Shown one piece after another: positions 61,570 to 64,000 of a stretch of DNA of 64,000 nucleotides. Numbering within the stretch: the stretch's first letter is position 1; each line of letters opens with the position of its first letter. The stretch comes from Utricularia gibba (Eukaryota; Plantae; Magnoliophyta), in the NCBI GenBank assembly GCA_002189035.1, contig NEEC01000002.1:6262001-6326000 (forward strand). Direction: 5' to 3'. The notes beneath the pieces were generated by a model that worked only from the letters and a program-made list of their open reading frames with translations, did no database searches and was not told the origin of the DNA. The position numbers were made by a program, and so were the translations under genes.

Positions 61570-63302
61570 ATGCGAAAGTTTCGCTCCATTTTCAAGGCTC
61601 ATGCTTCTTGGGGAGGGAGCTTCATCAGTCCAAGAGTCATCCCGTTCAACTCACCCAGAAATCCAGCTGGAGGTAGCGTTCATGGATCACTGAAAATTGC
61701 GTCGTTTAGGTCTGCTAGTTTTATTTCGAAAAAGGTTGTTGCCCATCGTTTTGAGGATCAAGACGATTTGCTGAAGACCACCAAGCTGATCTCGTCTTTC
61801 ATCGAGAGGTGCAAGTTAGATGAAGCGCTGGAACTCTTCGACGCTATGCCTGTTAAGGATGTAGTTTTGTGGAACCTCATGATTAAGGGATGTGTCAGTC
61901 TTGGGTATCTGGCAATGGGCTTGAAACTGTTCGACGAAATGCCTGAAAGGAATGTGATTTCGTGGACTACAGTGATTGATGCATTTTTAAAACGGGGGAT
62001 GGTTGAAGAGGCCAAACAATGGTTCAATAACATGCCAGTGAGGGATATTGCAGTGTGGAATGCTATGGTTCATGGCATGTTCACAAACGGGAGAGTTGAG
62101 GAGGCCAGGGAATTGTTCGAATTGATGCCGGAAAGAAATGCCATTTCTTGGACAACGATGATTAGCGGATTTGATCACTACGGGAGGAGCGAGGAAGCAG
62201 TTTCCACGTTCGTGAAGATGCTGGAAGCTGGGGAAGTCCTACTGCGAGTACGTTTGCTTGTGTTATAACAGCTTGTGCTAATACGAGAAGTCTGCATTTT
62301 GGTAGTCAAGTTCACGGACATGCCTTCAAGCTAGCCTATGTTTTCGATCCATATGTTGTAACTTCACTGATCACTTTATATGCAAACTGCAGTCAAATTG
62401 AGAAGTCGGTGAAGGCTTTTAAGGAGAAGCTGCATCTAAATGTGGCAGTATGGACGTCTCTCTTGACAGGATATAGTGTCAATTCTAAGCATCAGGATGC
62501 GTTGAGACTACTCAGGAGCATGTTTAGATCAGGAATATTTCCCAATAACTCATCTTTCACCAGCGCATTGGCTTCAGCTTGTGAAATGGGATATATTCTG
62601 GAAGGGAAAGCAATTCATGGTGCAGCTATAAAGATGGGACTAGAAGGTGATTCTTTCGTAGGCAACTCTTTAGTTGTATTGTACACAAGATGTGGAAGCT
62701 TAAGGGATGGTGTTGTCACATTCAATGAGATAACCAACAAGAACCTTGTTTCATGGAACTCAGTTATAGCAGCCTGTGCACAACATGGCTGTGGAGAGTG
62801 GGCAGTGGCATTCTTCACCAACATGGTCAAAGCTTCCATCCATCCTGATGAAATCACCTACATCGGGCTGCTAAATGCATGTAGTCATTCTGGTAAGCTA
62901 CAGAAGATGCAACATTTCTTTCAAAGTTTACAGCGGTGTGAAGGCATCCAGGTGAAGCAAGAGCACTATGCCTGCGCGGTTAATGTGCTGTGTAGGAACG
63001 GGAAATTGTTGGAAGCAGCCGAAATAATTAGAGATATGCCCATGAAACCGAATGTACCGGTATGGCTTGCTTTGCTCAGTGGTTGCAGAGATAAGTTCAA
63101 TGTTAAGTTAGCGGAGTTTGCAGCCAGGAACATCTTTGACATGGATGGAAATTGCACTGCAGCGTATGTGCTGCTGTCTAACATATACATGAATGCTGGT
63201 AGATGGGCAGATGCCGCAAGAATCAGAGGAACCATGAAGAAGATGTTCTCCATCAGGCAACCCGGACAAAGCTGGATTATACAGAACAACAGTACATATT
63301 GA
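61570..63302 (+). CDS. PLS-class PPR protein ending after the E domain (At5g46460-like); intronless; -1 frameshift at G4 run 62230-62233
   Basis: Repeats FDAMPVKDVVLWN, MPERNVISWTT, VWTSLLTGY, VSWNSVIAACAQHG, PDEITYIGLL.ACSH, EHYACAV, YVLLSNIY..AGRW, PGQSW. The ORF-track frames 61570-62268 and 62409-63302 join when one G is added. Confidence 0.88.
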
Positions 63303-63911
63303 TCGAAAATGAAGAACAGAGGTCGAAAGGATGTCCACTCCAAGAAATGAGAGATCAGCCTAAAGTTTGAAATACAGTGCAGGTTGGATAGCCTAATAGC
63401 ACGGTTACTAATAGGAGGTTGAGGCGTCTAATCCTGCCCAGGAGCTGCTTTAACGAGAAACAGGGTAAGTCAGCATTGTTTCTGGCTTTGCTCATCAATC
63501 TGCCAGTAAGTCACATAAGGATTGTTTCTCTTGTCCAGCCTCAGTAGAAATTGAAGACGCGGGTCGGATTGCGAGCCAATACTTAGTAGTATATAGAAAT
63601 GGAAACAAAAGAAATGCTGTTTCTGCCGAGATGCGAGAACAGCTTGGGCAGTGGAGAACCACCAGAGTTGGTCTGGGTTTGGGGCCACGTTGTTCATCTA
63701 ACTGGGTCAATTCGTCCGTTGAGCTGAGCAAACGGAACGAGCTGGGTCGGGATACAGATGACCGGGATGGGCTATCGTGACGATATGTGTAGCGCCACAT
63801 TGTTGATCTGGCTGGGTCATGTTGGTCATTGGGCTGGCACACATCGTTAGTTCTGCTAGGCCATGTCGCTCGTTGGCCAGGGCCACTCTTTCATCGGGTT
63901 GAGCCAATAGT

Positions 63912-63925
63912 TTTAGGGTTTAGGG
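63912..63925 (+). repeat. Two tandem plant telomeric units (TTTAGGG)2 / telo-box
   Basis: TTTTAGGGTTTAGGGTT seen directly. Confidence 0.7.
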
Positions 63926-64000
63926 TTCCGAGGATGGGCCACCATGACAGTATGGGCAGGGCCACGTTTAGGTGTGGCTCATGAGAATCAAGGACTCCTG

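Noticed and set aside
266-63302. Calling the frameshifted genes pseudogenes
   Set aside because: Each lesion is a single base missing from a G/C run, with no stop codons or other decay; this fits sequencing error better.
1-64000. CRISPR arrays, rRNA, tRNA, snRNA, organellar or viral insertions
   Set aside because: None seen; this is plant nuclear euchromatin.

Overview
Gene-dense nuclear DNA from a eudicot plant with a compact genome: about 19 recognisable protein genes in 64 kb, mostly 65-120 nt introns, and no LTR retrotransposon. Gene order: CSLC12, CGR2/3, KNAT1/BP, EPFL2, DUF1005, DTX48 (MATE), UFC1, HEMA1, a small bZIP, a clade-IA SCPL followed by a decayed partial copy, SOFL, F-box, WLIM1, ZCF37-like, IFRD/SAT32, TWS1-like peptide precursor, a small uncharacterised gene, TAF4, PPR. 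All calls come from hand splicing and recalled homology; no database was searched. At least 8 (up to 11) conserved frames break by exactly one missing base in a G or C run, which looks like long-read consensus error rather than mass pseudogenisation. The best candidate for an unannotated system is a miR160 target-mimic site on the minus strand at 18684-18707, in an ORF-less, lncRNA-like region. It pairs with miR160 through a central 3-nt bulge and sits next to a possible 3' splice site. Other notable items: a poly(A) retro-insertion whose empty site survives in the adjacent SCPL pseudo-copy, a His-Glu change at the TWS1 processing site, a PPR lacking its DYW domain, and an AT-rich foldback element.
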